From the NCBI GenBank assembly GCA_965242685.1, contig OZ251487.1, forward strand, positions 93,591-157,590: a stretch of DNA of 64,000 nucleotides, written 5' to 3'. The notes beneath the pieces are model-generated. The model had not been told where the DNA came from and did no database searches. It saw only the letters and a program-made list of their open reading frames with translations. Both the position numbers and the translations under genes were made by a program. The stretch is from Gammaproteobacteria bacterium. Lineage in GTDB: Bacteria; Pseudomonadota; Gammaproteobacteria; UBA4575. Shown here one piece after another: positions 1-8,994 of the stretch (position 1 is its first letter; each line of letters opens with the position of its first letter).

Positions 1-1683
1 GGTACTCAGGATTTTTTTGACCGGTGCTTGCAGTTGTGTAATTTTGCTGCGATTGATGATCTGTTTAATTTCCGGCAGACTGGAGGGATGGGCACTGAAT
101 TCCTGTAGCCCCATCCCCAAGAGTAACCGCGTGTAGCGCACGTCACCCGCCATTTCTCCACACATGGCCACGGGGATTTTGGCACGCCGCCCCGCTTGCA
201 GGATCAGGTTGATCAGCTTGAGTACGGACGGATGCAGGGGATCGTACAGGTAGTTTACCTGGTCGTCGATCCGGTCGATGGCAAGGGTATATTGAATCAG
301 GTCGTTGGTGCCGATGGACAAAAAATCAAGCTGCTTGGCAAGTATGTTCGCCGACAGGGCGGCGGCGGGAACCTCTATCATTGCGCCAACCGCAACGTCG
401 GGGTTAAAGTCGTGGCCTTCGCTCTTTAGCTCCCGTTTGGTCTGATCGAGGATAGACAGGGACTGTATGAGTTCGGAGTAATTGGTGACCATCGGCAGTA
501 GGATTCGGACCGGCCCGCCGGCGGCGGCGCGCAGGATGGCGCGTAACTGCTGTCTGAACAGATCGGTATCGCGCAACGACCTGCGGATGGCGCGCAAGCC
601 CAATGCGGGGTTCTGGATCAACGGTCCCTGGAAATCGGGGTCAAACTCTTTTTCGGCACCCAAATCAAGCGTGCGTATGGTCAGTGGTTTGCCCTTGAGG
701 ATGCGTATGACCTTGCGATAGGCGTTGAGTTGTTCATTTTCATTGGCGGGTTCGACCCGGTCAATGTACAGGAATTCGGTGCGATACAACCCCACCCCGT
801 CCGCCCCCGATTGCTTGAGTGTGCTTATGTCTTCCGCCAGTTCGATGTTTGCCTGCAGGCTGATGCGCCGCCCGTCGCGGGTCTTGGCGGAGACGTTGCG
901 CAGGGAGTCGAGCTTGCGTTTTGCCTCCTTTTGTTCGCGTTGTTTTTGTCGGTATTCCTTGATGGTTTTTTCGTCGATGCCGGCCAGCACCATGCCGTCG
1001 CCGCCGTCGATAATGATCTGTTCTCCCTGTTGCAACAGCAGTCGCGCGTCTTGTATTCCCGCCACGGCGGGAATGCCCAGGCTACGCGCCAGGATCGCGG
1101 TGTGCGACAGCGGCCCGCCCAGTTCGGTAATGAAGCCGGCGATGCTTTGATTTTGCATGACCACGGTATCCGCCGGCGTCAGCTCGTCCGCCACGATAAT
1201 GCTGCGTTTTAGGGGGCTGGCCTTTACCTCTACCGTGTATTGTCGATCCTTGAGGATTTGTTGAATCAGGTTGATGACATGCTCTATGTCGTTGATGCGC
1301 GTGCGTAAGTAGTCGTCTTCCATCTGTTCAAAAACGGTGATCAGTTTGTCGTGTTGCTGTTTGAGTGCCCACTCCGCATTGCAGTGTTGCTCGCGGATAA
1401 TCTCGACGGGTACCTTGCGCAACATGGAGTCGTTGACCATGAGGATGTGGGAATCGATAAACGCCGCAACGTCCTTGGGAGCGTCTTCGGGAATCGTGTC
1501 CCTGATATCGAGGAGTTGGATGCCGGCCTCGTCTACGGCCTTCTGAAAGCGTTTAATTTCGCGCTTGATTTCGTTCTTTTCCAGCCGGCGCTCGAATACC
1601 TCGGGCATGGCGCGGTTCAGGCAGTGCGCCTTGCCGATGGCGATGCCTCTCGATACGCCGATACCTGAAACGATCAGTGCCAT
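1..1683 (-). CDS. ptsI: PTS enzyme I (phosphoenolpyruvate-protein phosphotransferase); C-terminus truncated by the window edge
   Basis: Reverse-strand ATG at 1681-1683. Translation MALIVSGIGVSRGIAIGKAHCLNRAMPEVFERR... is an EI N-terminal phosphohistidine domain. The frame stays open to position 1, so there is no stop in the window and it is absent from the ORF track. Confidence 0.8.
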   Translation of the reverse strand, partial: MALIVSGIGVSRGIAIGKAHCLNRAMPEVFERRLEKNEIKREIKRFQKAVDEAGIQLLDIRDTIPEDAPKDVAAFIDSHILMVNDSMLRKVPVEIIREQHCNAEWALKQQHDKLITVFEQMEDDYLRTRINDIEHVINLIQQILKDRQYTVEVKASPLKRSIIVADELTPADTVVMQNQSIAGFITELGGPLSHTAILARSLGIPAVAGIQDARLLLQQGEQIIIDGGDGMVLAGIDEKTIKEYRQKQREQKEAKRKLDSLRNVSAKTRDGRRISLQANIELAEDISTLKQSGADGVGLYRTEFLYIDRVEPANENEQLNAYRKVIRILKGKPLTIRTLDLGAEKEFDPDFQGPLIQNPALGLRAIRRSLRDTDLFRQQLRAILRAAAGGPVRILLPMVTNYSELIQSLSILDQTKRELKSEGHDFNPDVAVGAMIEVPAAALSANILAKQLDFLSIGTNDLIQYTLAIDRIDDQVNYLYDPLHPSVLKLINLILQAGRRAKIPVAMCGEMAGDVRYTRLLLGMGLQEFSAHPSSLPEIKQIINRSKITQLQAPVKKILST

Positions 1684-1703
1684 GTTATGCGCGCGTGAGT
1701 GCG

Positions 1704-1973
1704 TTACTCCTCTTCGTCAAAGTAATTGTTGAACAGGTTTTCAATATCGGTCATGGCGGCTTGTTCGTCATCGCCCGTGACGGTGACGGTCAAAGTGGAA
1801 TGCTGACTTGCCGCCAGCATCATGACACCCATGATGCTTTTACCGTTGGCTTTTTTGCCTTCTTTTTCAAGCCATATCTCGCTTTGGTAGCGTGTCGCCA
1901 GGGTGACCAGTTTTGCGACCGCGCGGGCATGCAGGCCAAGTTTGTTGACGACGGTGACCTGCCTGCTTATCAC
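1704..1973 (-). CDS. ptsH: phosphocarrier protein HPr (or NPr)
   Basis: 89 aa. MISRQVTVVNKLGLHARAVAKLV... contains the HPr active-site His motif (GLHAR). Lies immediately upstream of ptsI. Confidence 0.85.
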   Translation of the reverse strand: MISRQVTVVNKLGLHARAVAKLVTLATRYQSEIWLEKEGKKANGKSIMGVMMLAASQHSTLTVTVTGDDEQAAMTDIENLFNNYFDEEE

Positions 1974-2374
1974 TTTGTTCCGTTTTCGGCCTGACAGTCA
2001 ACGATGCCGTCGTGCGCGCCGCTTGTCGCCTTTTTGACGAGCTTGGGAAGGCTTAAATGCGGATAGTTCATCACGCGAATCAGCATGGGGAGATTCAAAC
2101 CGGCAAGTACGTGTACGCGCGCGATCTTGCTGAGCCTGTTACATACGTTGCTGGGGGTTGAGCCGAACATATCGGTGAGGGCCAGCACGCCGTCTCCTTC
2201 ATCAAGTTCGGTACAGAGCTTCATGGCCTTGTCGAGGAGATCTTCCGGGCCGTTGGTGGCGGATGCGGATAACGCCTTGCACGTCATGGGCAACGAGCCG
2301 AGCATGGATTCGGCCGTGGCAAGTAACTCATAGCCCACTTTTCCATGGGTGATGGTGAGTATGGAAACGGCCAT
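1970..2374 (-). CDS. PTS EIIA component, mannose/fructose (EIIA-Man) family
   Basis: 134 aa, translation MAVSILTITHGKVGYELL... Stop overlaps the ptsH start, suggesting translational coupling. Family call is from memory. Confidence 0.65.
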   Translation of the reverse strand: MAVSILTITHGKVGYELLATAESMLGSLPMTCKALSASATNGPEDLLDKAMKLCTELDEGDGVLALTDMFGSTPSNVCNRLSKIARVHVLAGLNLPMLIRVMNYPHLSLPKLVKKATSGAHDGIVDCQAENGTK

Positions 2375-2506
2375 TTTATGATCCCGGCCCCGGTTGCATC
2401 AGGGGACGCCTGGCCTCAGGCCCGGTGAAACGGTGGGTCGATATTTTGTCATGCGTGCGGACGGCATTGTCGTTCGTGCTGCCGAAGTTGCCCGAATAAA
2501 GTACAG

Positions 2507-3046
2507 TCAGGCGGTATGAATTGCAATTTTCTGGCGTTCAATGAAGTCCTTGCTCCCATTGTAACCGTTGCCGACCAACAGGTGATTTCGTACCGCGGCC
2601 TCTACCAACACGGCAAGGTTTCTGCCTGCGGTGACCGACATGGATACGGTTGGAACATCTATTCCAAGTACCTTCGTCTTTTTCTCCGTTGGCCGCACGC
2701 GGTCTTTTATAGCGCCTGTTTCAGTCGGCAGCATCTCGATGATCAATTCCAGGTTTTTGTTGGATTTTACGGCATTTTCACCATACATTCTCCGTATATC
2801 CAATATGCCTAATTCCCGTACCTCAAGAAAGTTTTGTAGCAGTTCTGGACAGCTTCCCTTAATCGTCGTGGGCGCGATGCGTTCAAATTCCGGCGTATCG
2901 TCGGCAATCAGCCGATGGCCGCGGCTCACCAGCTCCAGGGCCAGCTCACTCTTGCCGAGACCACTTTCCCCGCGGATAAGCACGCCGGTGCGAAGGATTT
3001 CCATAAATACGCCGTGCAGGATTGTTTGGGGAGCGGACGTTGCCAT
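2507..3046 (-). CDS. hprK: HPr kinase/phosphorylase, short proteobacterial form (C-terminal kinase domain only)
   Basis: 179 aa with Walker A motif GESGLGKSELALELVSRGHRLIADD, characteristic of the HprK catalytic domain. RapZ was considered and rejected. Confidence 0.7.
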   Translation of the reverse strand: MATSAPQTILHGVFMEILRTGVLIRGESGLGKSELALELVSRGHRLIADDTPEFERIAPTTIKGSCPELLQNFLEVRELGILDIRRMYGENAVKSNKNLELIIEMLPTETGAIKDRVRPTEKKTKVLGIDVPTVSMSVTAGRNLAVLVEAAVRNHLLVGNGYNGSKDFIERQKIAIHTA

Positions 3047-3064
3047 GGACGGTTCGACGGCACG

Positions 3065-3532
3065 TTATGCAGCAAGGTGTTCGGGATTCTGGCAGAGGAG
3101 TTGATAAAGGTGCTTGGGTTCCTGGCACCTTTTGATGGATTGACGCATGGAGCGGTTATCCAAGAGTTGCGTCAGTTCGGCCAGCGATTGAAGTTGTTCG
3201 CCGCTTCCCTCCTCGGGTACGGCCATGCAGAACAGAAACGTAACCGGTAACTCATCTGCGGCTTCAAATTCGATACCTTCCTCAAGCCTGAGTATCGACA
3301 CGTAAATCTTTTCGAGATCCGCCAGTCTGCAATGAGGAATGGCGATCCCCTTTCCGATGGCCGTGCCGCCCAGTTTCTCGCGTGCCAGAAGCGCGTCCAG
3401 AAAGGTATTTCTGGTCACGTGCGGGTGTTGCCGTGCCAGGTATTCGCTCAGGATTTCAAGTGCCTTTTTTTTGCTGCTCACCGAGTGACTGAAAACGATC
3501 CCTTCTTCAGTGATGTAGTCTTTAAGACGCAT
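3065..3532 (-). CDS. ptsN: nitrogen-related PTS EIIA (EIIA-Ntr)
   Basis: 155 aa fructose/mannitol-type EIIA fold (GIAIPHCRL). Position rpoN-hpf-ptsN is conserved. Confidence 0.8.
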   Translation of the reverse strand: MRLKDYITEEGIVFSHSVSSKKKALEILSEYLARQHPHVTRNTFLDALLAREKLGGTAIGKGIAIPHCRLADLEKIYVSILRLEEGIEFEAADELPVTFLFCMAVPEEGSGEQLQSLAELTQLLDNRSMRQSIKRCQEPKHLYQLLCQNPEHLAA

Positions 3533-3547
3533 GATTGTAGGGGTAGG

Positions 3548-3868
3548 TTAATGGGGGGCGTGGTGTTCTACTTCATTTTGATGATGATCTTTCAGTTTTT
3601 CCTTGTGTCTGACGATTTGCCGGTCCAGTTTGTCCACCAGTAAGTCAACCGCCCCGTACATGCCGTCATTTCTTGCGTCGGCAAATATCCTGTTGCCGCT
3701 TACTTGTAGGGAAGCCTCTGCTCGGTGAATGATCTTTTCTACAGTCAGGACCACGTGAACGTTGATAACGTGGTCAAAGTGTCTGGCTAATCGCTGAAAT
3801 TTTTTTTCTACGTAGTTTTTTAGTGCAGGGGTTACTTTAAGGTGGTGGCCAGTGACGTTTATTTGCAT
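3548..3868 (-). CDS. hpf: ribosome hibernation promoting factor (sigma54 modulation protein)
   Basis: 106 aa starting MQINVTGHHLKVTPALKNYVEKKFQRL; sits immediately downstream of rpoN. Confidence 0.85.
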   Translation of the reverse strand: MQINVTGHHLKVTPALKNYVEKKFQRLARHFDHVINVHVVLTVEKIIHRAEASLQVSGNRIFADARNDGMYGAVDLLVDKLDRQIVRHKEKLKDHHQNEVEHHAPH

Positions 3869-3939
3869 TGTTATTCCTTCCTAATATAAAGAATAGCAGT
3901 AAATCATGATTTTCACAAGTTGCTAAAAAGCCTTATGAA

Positions 3940-5352
3940 TTAAGGGGCTACCGGAGCATCTCTGTGATTTTCACATGGTTCTTTTTGTTTTGCGTGGTGA
4001 CTGGTTTGGTGCGGGCGGTTTCTTCTCTCATGGGAAGGCGGTATCGCCATGGATTCACGATACTTGGCAATGGTACGCCGTGCGACACAGATACCTTTTT
4101 GTTCAAGCAGCATGGCGATCTTATTGTCGCTTAAGGGTTTGAGGTGGTTTTCTTCCTTGATCAAGCCGCCGATTATGGCCTTGACCGCCGTGGCGGAGCG
4201 CACGCCTCCGTCATGCGTATTGACGTGGCTAGAAAAGAAGTATTTGAACTCGAAGGTACCTCGCGGACAGTCCATATATTTATTGGTGGTTGCCCTGGAA
4301 ATAGTGGATTCGTGCATGTCCAGTTCTTCGGCGACATCTCTTAAAACCAGGGGGCGCATCGCTGCCTCGCCATATTCAAGAAAGTTTCTTTGGTGCCTGA
4401 CGATGGACGTTGCAACTTTCAGCAGGGTCTCATTACGATTTTGTAGGCTTTTTATGAACCAGCGTGCCTCCTGTAGTTGATGACGCACGTAATCGCGTTC
4501 ACTGTCCTTGTCAGAGTTTTTGAGTAACCCGTAATAGACGTCATTTATGCGTAGCCTGGGTGTGTTTTTACCATTCAGTGTTACTCTCCATGTGTCCTTA
4601 TGTTTGTGTACGTAGACGTCCGGAATAATGTATTCGGGTTTTTGCACGTTGACCAAGTCGCCGGGTTTGGGGTACAACGATTGAATCAGTATGACCGCGC
4701 CTTCAATTTCCGTACTGGAAAATCCGGTGGACTTCATCAGTTTAAGATAGTTTTTGCTACCGACAACGTCCAGATGCCCGGCCACGATCAGGCGCGCCGC
4801 GGAAAGAAAGGGTGTATCTTCGGGCAGTTGCTGAAGTTGAATCTCCAAGCATTCCCGCAGGCAGCGTGCCCCGCAGCCAACCGGATCGAAGTGCTGTATG
4901 AATTTGAGGACGGCGGCAATCTCGTTCAACTCAAGCGCCATGGTGTGGTTCGCGTTCAGATTTTGCCGGATGTCTTCAAGTGGTTCCTGCAAATAACCCG
5001 ATTCGTCCAGGGCGTTGATCAGGACCGTTGCCACTACGTAGTCGCGCTCGGATAATGAACTCAATTCCAACTGCCGCAACAAGTGTTGTTCCAAAGAGTC
5101 CGGTTTGGCGCTGTCCTGTTTTTCCAGCCAACCTAAGCGATCCTCGTTTTGACTCCTCTGTGACGACGGGGGCGGATAATCCGCTTCGTGGTCTTCATAG
5201 GCCTCCAGCATGGGATTGGATTCAAAGGCCTCCCGAATTTCGGTCTTGAGTTCCAGGGACGATAGCTGTAGCAGGCGAATCGCCAGGCGCAACTGCCTCG
5301 TCATGGTCAATTGCTGACTTAAACGGGCTTGTAATGCGGGCTTTAACAGCAT
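3940..5352 (-). CDS. rpoN: RNA polymerase sigma-54 factor
   Basis: 470 aa. N-terminus LSQQLTMTRQLRLAIRLLQLSSLELKTEIREAFESNP and a C-terminal RpoN box (ARRTIAKYRE). Confidence 0.95.
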   Translation of the reverse strand: MLLKPALQARLSQQLTMTRQLRLAIRLLQLSSLELKTEIREAFESNPMLEAYEDHEADYPPPSSQRSQNEDRLGWLEKQDSAKPDSLEQHLLRQLELSSLSERDYVVATVLINALDESGYLQEPLEDIRQNLNANHTMALELNEIAAVLKFIQHFDPVGCGARCLRECLEIQLQQLPEDTPFLSAARLIVAGHLDVVGSKNYLKLMKSTGFSSTEIEGAVILIQSLYPKPGDLVNVQKPEYIIPDVYVHKHKDTWRVTLNGKNTPRLRINDVYYGLLKNSDKDSERDYVRHQLQEARWFIKSLQNRNETLLKVATSIVRHQRNFLEYGEAAMRPLVLRDVAEELDMHESTISRATTNKYMDCPRGTFEFKYFFSSHVNTHDGGVRSATAVKAIIGGLIKEENHLKPLSDNKIAMLLEQKGICVARRTIAKYRESMAIPPSHERRNRPHQTSHHAKQKEPCENHRDAPVAP

Positions 5353-5362
5353 ATACGTATTA

Positions 5363-5378
5363 TGGCACGAAATTTGCT
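5363..5378 (+). promoter_or_regulatory. sigma-54-type -24/-12 element TGGCACG-N4-TTGCT
   Basis: Exact GG(-24)/GC(-12) consensus with correct spacing. Located 11-26 bp from the rpoN start codon, on the opposite strand. Confidence 0.4.
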
Positions 5379-5515
5379 GGAACCGAAAGGGCTGTACGGT
5401 ACAAGTAGCCCTACAAATAGCCCCCTACAAATAACCTAGGTCGTGGATCGATCCCGTTGATGGCGCACCACTACCGCATCGGCGGTGGAAAACTACCGGG
5501 TGATTTTCGTCGGGT

Positions 5516-6259
5516 TCAGTTTTCAGCCCCCCGATGGATAGAAAAACTGTCACCCAGATAGACGTTGCGCACCTTTTGGTTGCTCAAGATATTGGCGGGC
5601 GGGCCTTTTGCGAGCACGTGCCCTTCGTTGAGGATGTATGCGCGATTACATATTTCCAGCGTTTCACGAACGTTGTGGTCGGTGATCAATAACCCGATAT
5701 CCCGTTCGCGCAGGCGATTGAATATGCCCTGAATATCCTTTACCGAGATCGGATCCACGCCCGCGAACGGTTCGTCCAGTAGAATAAACTTTGGCTGCAT
5801 GGCGAGTGCTCGGGCGATTTCGGTGCGCCGCCTTTCTCCGCCGGATAGGACGGCGCCTTTGTGATTGCGAAGGTGCTCTATCTGTAAGTCGGCGAGCAGG
5901 CTGTTGCAATGCAATTTGCGTTGCGGTCTTTTCAGGTCGGTCCTGGCTTCCAGGCTAACCAATATGTTTTGTTCGACGGTAAGGCCACGAAAGACGGAGG
6001 CCTCTTGCGGGAGATACCCTATGCCGCGTTTTGCCCGCACGTGCATCGGCATATGCGTAATATCCGTGCCGTCCAGCGTTATTTTTCCTTCATCACAGCG
6101 AAGCAGTCCCAAAATCATGTAAAAACACGTCGTCTTTCCCGCGCCGTTGGGCCCCAACAAGCCGGTAATTTCACCGGAGTTTATGTTCAGGCTAACGTCG
6201 TTTACCACCAGACGGGTTTTGTATTTTTTACATAGATTTTCTGCGTCTATCGTATTCAT
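5516..6259 (-). CDS. lptB: LPS export ABC transporter ATPase
   Basis: 247 aa. Walker A GPNGAGKTT and ABC signature LSGGERRR. Position upstream of rpoN is conserved. Confidence 0.9.
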   Translation of the reverse strand: MNTIDAENLCKKYKTRLVVNDVSLNINSGEITGLLGPNGAGKTTCFYMILGLLRCDEGKITLDGTDITHMPMHVRAKRGIGYLPQEASVFRGLTVEQNILVSLEARTDLKRPQRKLHCNSLLADLQIEHLRNHKGAVLSGGERRRTEIARALAMQPKFILLDEPFAGVDPISVKDIQGIFNRLRERDIGLLITDHNVRETLEICNRAYILNEGHVLAKGPPANILSNQKVRNVYLGDSFSIHRGAEN

Positions 6260-6287
6260 GCACAGCTTCCGCCGGGTGCGTTGTGCG

Positions 6288-6803
6288 TCAGTTCTCGCCT
6301 TCTTCCGAGGTTTTCGGGAAAATGGTGATGTTTACGCGATCCCTTCCGCCGAAACTTTCGGCGTTGATGGTTTCCGTATCCGTGTAAAAGATGATGCGGT
6401 CGCTTGACAGCGTGTTATCGGCCTCGGTCAGCTTGGCGTTATTCGTCAGCACAATTTTGTTGACATCAATTTCATAAACCATGTCTTCGGCCTCTGCATA
6501 GACGGTTTCCCCATCCTCTTTGGTTTGTCTAAATGTAGCGGGAGTGCCTTCCGAAGTGATCTTTTTCACCTTCTGGTCGACGACCTGGACGATCACTTCT
6601 TCACCGGTGAGAAGCGTGTTGCCCTGCGTGATTTCCACGTCCCCCACGTATACGCTGATTCCGGTGGCGTCATTTATTTCCGCGGAGTCCGCCTTGATGC
6701 TGATCGGCTCTTCCGAGTCAAGCTGTGCGGCGACCGGATTGCCGTATGACATGGCAAATACGAACAATAAAAGCAGGTATTTATGGCGCATAGTACCCTT
6801 CAA
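6288..6803 (-). CDS. lptA: LPS transport periplasmic protein LptA (OstA-N fold)
   Basis: 171 aa with a signal peptide. Synteny lptC-lptA-lptB. Confidence 0.75.
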   Translation of the reverse strand: MKGTMRHKYLLLLFVFAMSYGNPVAAQLDSEEPISIKADSAEINDATGISVYVGDVEITQGNTLLTGEEVIVQVVDQKVKKITSEGTPATFRQTKEDGETVYAEAEDMVYEIDVNKIVLTNNAKLTEADNTLSSDRIIFYTDTETINAESFGGRDRVNITIFPKTSEEGEN

Positions 6804-7275
6804 CGTTGCCGTGTAAATGGATGACCCGTGTGTTCAAGCTCAATGTCATGTTGTCCGCCGTGACTTCAAACCAATACCGATGCGGGTCTTCTGCAACCGC
6901 CGCTTGATTGATTCTTACGTTGCCGACCAAAGTGAGCCTGTCATCATCGTTATGGGTTTGCCCCCGCAGGGCCGTCGCCGATATTTTACCGCCATTATCG
7001 GGGTGAATGGTAATATTGGGAAGTTCGAATTCAGTGCGCCGTTGTTCGGGGTACAACCAGTATGCCGGTGCCGACAGTATATATTGCGGGGTACCTTTTG
7101 CAGAGTTGACGATTACTTCGACGTCTTTGAAGATCGTCGAGGGAGTAGCGAAGGCTTCGGGCCTCGTCGGGGTCGTGATATCCGAATAATCGACGTGCTG
7201 CCGGCTCAGAAGCCACAGCGTCATGATGGCGCCTGTGGTGATTAAACAGAATATCCAGATCAGTCTGAGTAACAT
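6781..7275 (-). CDS. lptC: LPS export protein LptC (single N-terminal TM helix)
   Basis: The ORF-track start at 7353 overlaps kdsC. Start moved to the Met of MLLRLIWIFCLITTGAIMTLWLL (ATG at 7273-7275). Call rests on synteny and size. Confidence 0.55.
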   Translation of the reverse strand: MLLRLIWIFCLITTGAIMTLWLLSRQHVDYSDITTPTRPEAFATPSTIFKDVEVIVNSAKGTPQYILSAPAYWLYPEQRRTEFELPNITIHPDNGGKISATALRGQTHNDDDRLTLVGNVRINQAAVAEDPHRYWFEVTADNMTLSLNTRVIHLHGNVEGYYAP

Positions 7276-7289
7276 ATTTTGTGGCGGCT

Positions 7290-7823
7290 TTATCGTAAAT
7301 GGTACGCTACGGCCTTGTCCAGCAGGCCTTGTGCATCCAGCAGAAGGTCGCATACTTCTCTCACCGCGCCCTGTCCGCCTTTTGTCGAAGTCTCCCAGTG
7401 CGCATACCGTTTAACGGCGGCGTGTGCATTGGCGACGGCGATGGCCAGACCACAACGCGACATGATTTGCAGGTCGATGATATCATCTCCCGTGAATGCC
7501 GCCTGGCGTTCATCCAGGTTCAGCTTGGACAGCAGTTCCCGGAAGGTACTGAATTTATCTCTGCACCCTTGGTATACATGCCTTACCTGGAGGTTTCGCA
7601 TCCGGTGCTCAAGCGCCTCGGAAGTGCGCCCCGTTATGACCCCCACCTCAATGCCGTAATGCAACAACAGGCGAATGCCGTGACCGTCTTGGGTGTTGAA
7701 TACCTTTAGCTCGGCGCCTTGCGCGTCCATATATAAACTACCGTCCGTAAGAACGCCGTCCACGTCAAACATGGCCAGGCGTATCGCTTTGGCGCGCTCG
7801 GATATATCTGCTGGAATGTTCAT
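7290..7823 (-). CDS. kdsC: 3-deoxy-D-manno-octulosonate 8-phosphate phosphatase (HAD family)
   Basis: 177 aa with the HAD motif FDVDGVLTDG. Position is upstream of lptC. Confidence 0.8.
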   Translation of the reverse strand: MNIPADISERAKAIRLAMFDVDGVLTDGSLYMDAQGAELKVFNTQDGHGIRLLLHYGIEVGVITGRTSEALEHRMRNLQVRHVYQGCRDKFSTFRELLSKLNLDERQAAFTGDDIIDLQIMSRCGLAIAVANAHAAVKRYAHWETSTKGGQGAVREVCDLLLDAQGLLDKAVAYHLR

Positions 7824-7846
7824 GTGAATGCGTGACGTAGAGTTGA

Positions 7847-8800
7847 TTATACGGTTTGCCGATAAATGAAAAATAGGTAGGCAAAGTACGCTACAAAAAA
7901 TAAAGCCCCGAGGCCACGGGAGATACTTTTCGTTCGTGAAAAGGCCAGCGCGAACAGAAATAATGCCAGCGTTGCCGTGATCATAATGGGGAGGTCGCGT
8001 GTATAGACTTGTGCGGGGATCAGGTATGCCGCGATCACCCCCGCCGTACCGGTGACCCCGAGGGTGTTGAAGATATTTGAACCGATCACGTTTCCCAAGG
8101 CCAGCTCACCGTGTTTCTTCATGGCACTTGCAACGCACGTGGCCAGTTCCGGCAGGCTGGTGCCCAAGGCAACGATCGTCAAACCGATGATCAGGTCCTC
8201 GACGCCCAGATAGTTTGCCATCGAAACCGCCGACCATACCACCAGCTTGGAACTGAGCAATAAAACACCCAGACTGAACGACAAGCCCAACAACAGGACG
8301 GCAAGGCCTTTGTGCGCAGAATCGTCTGGTGCATGTTGTTCTCGTCCGCGCCCTTTCAATTCAAAGTGCGTCAGCAAGTACAGTGTAAATCCCAAGGCCA
8401 GTATCAGCATAACGCCGTCCGCCCGCTGCAAATTCCGGTCCAATATCAACAGGATGAATAATGTCGTCGCCGTGATCAGTAACAGAAAGTCCCTGTATAA
8501 AATATTTTTGCTTACATAGAGTGGCGTAATGCACAAGGTGGTACCCAGGATAAGCAAAATATTGGTGATGTTTGACCCCAGGGCGTTACCTATGGCCAGT
8601 CCCGGGTTCCCCTGCCAGGCGGACAATCCGGAAACCAGCAGCTCCGGGGCCGATGTGCCAAACCCGAGTATAACGAATCCGACCACGATCTTTGAAAGAC
8701 GCAAGTGCCGCCCCAGATGCAGGGCATGATCGGTAAACCTGTCGGCACTCCAAATCAAGAGCAAAAGCCCCGCGACAAAGGCAGAGGAAAATAAATACAT
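7847..8800 (-). CDS. yrbG: Na+/Ca2+ exchanger (CaCA) family inner-membrane protein, YrbG-like
   Basis: Two alpha-repeats (GNALGSNITNILLILG and GNVIGSNIFNTLGVTG). Start moved to the internal Met MYLFSSAFVAGLLLLIWSADRF (ATG at 8798-8800), which aligns with the YrbG N-terminus. The longer ORF-track start would overlap the subtilase gene. Confidence 0.65.
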   Translation of the reverse strand: MYLFSSAFVAGLLLLIWSADRFTDHALHLGRHLRLSKIVVGFVILGFGTSAPELLVSGLSAWQGNPGLAIGNALGSNITNILLILGTTLCITPLYVSKNILYRDFLLLITATTLFILLILDRNLQRADGVMLILALGFTLYLLTHFELKGRGREQHAPDDSAHKGLAVLLLGLSFSLGVLLLSSKLVVWSAVSMANYLGVEDLIIGLTIVALGTSLPELATCVASAMKKHGELALGNVIGSNIFNTLGVTGTAGVIAAYLIPAQVYTRDLPIMITATLALFLFALAFSRTKSISRGLGALFFVAYFAYLFFIYRQTV

Positions 8801-8994
8801 AAGTGAAATGCTTGGTTTATGCTTTGCTTGGTGTTCTACAGCCAATAGAATACACTTTAATACACTTTCCCCCGCAAACGTAAAGAAAAAAGCCAAATGC
8901 GGGCCACCTGCCAAATGCGGGTCACCTGCTAAATACAATGTTATGTGATCGATTCGGGGTAGTATTATCTCCGGTGATGTATAGAGGTACTTCA

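Noticed and set aside
2507-3046. Possible RapZ (YhbJ), expected between ptsN and npr in enterobacteria
   Set aside because: Sequence has the HprK catalytic-domain Walker A (GESGLGKSELALELVSRGHRLIADD), not the RapZ N-terminus. Called short-form HprK.
8893-8931. Direct repeat ccaaatgcgggYcacctgc x2 upstream of the subtilase gene as a defined regulatory site
   Set aside because: Only two short copies with no recognisable promoter consensus. Noted but not strong enough to call a feature.
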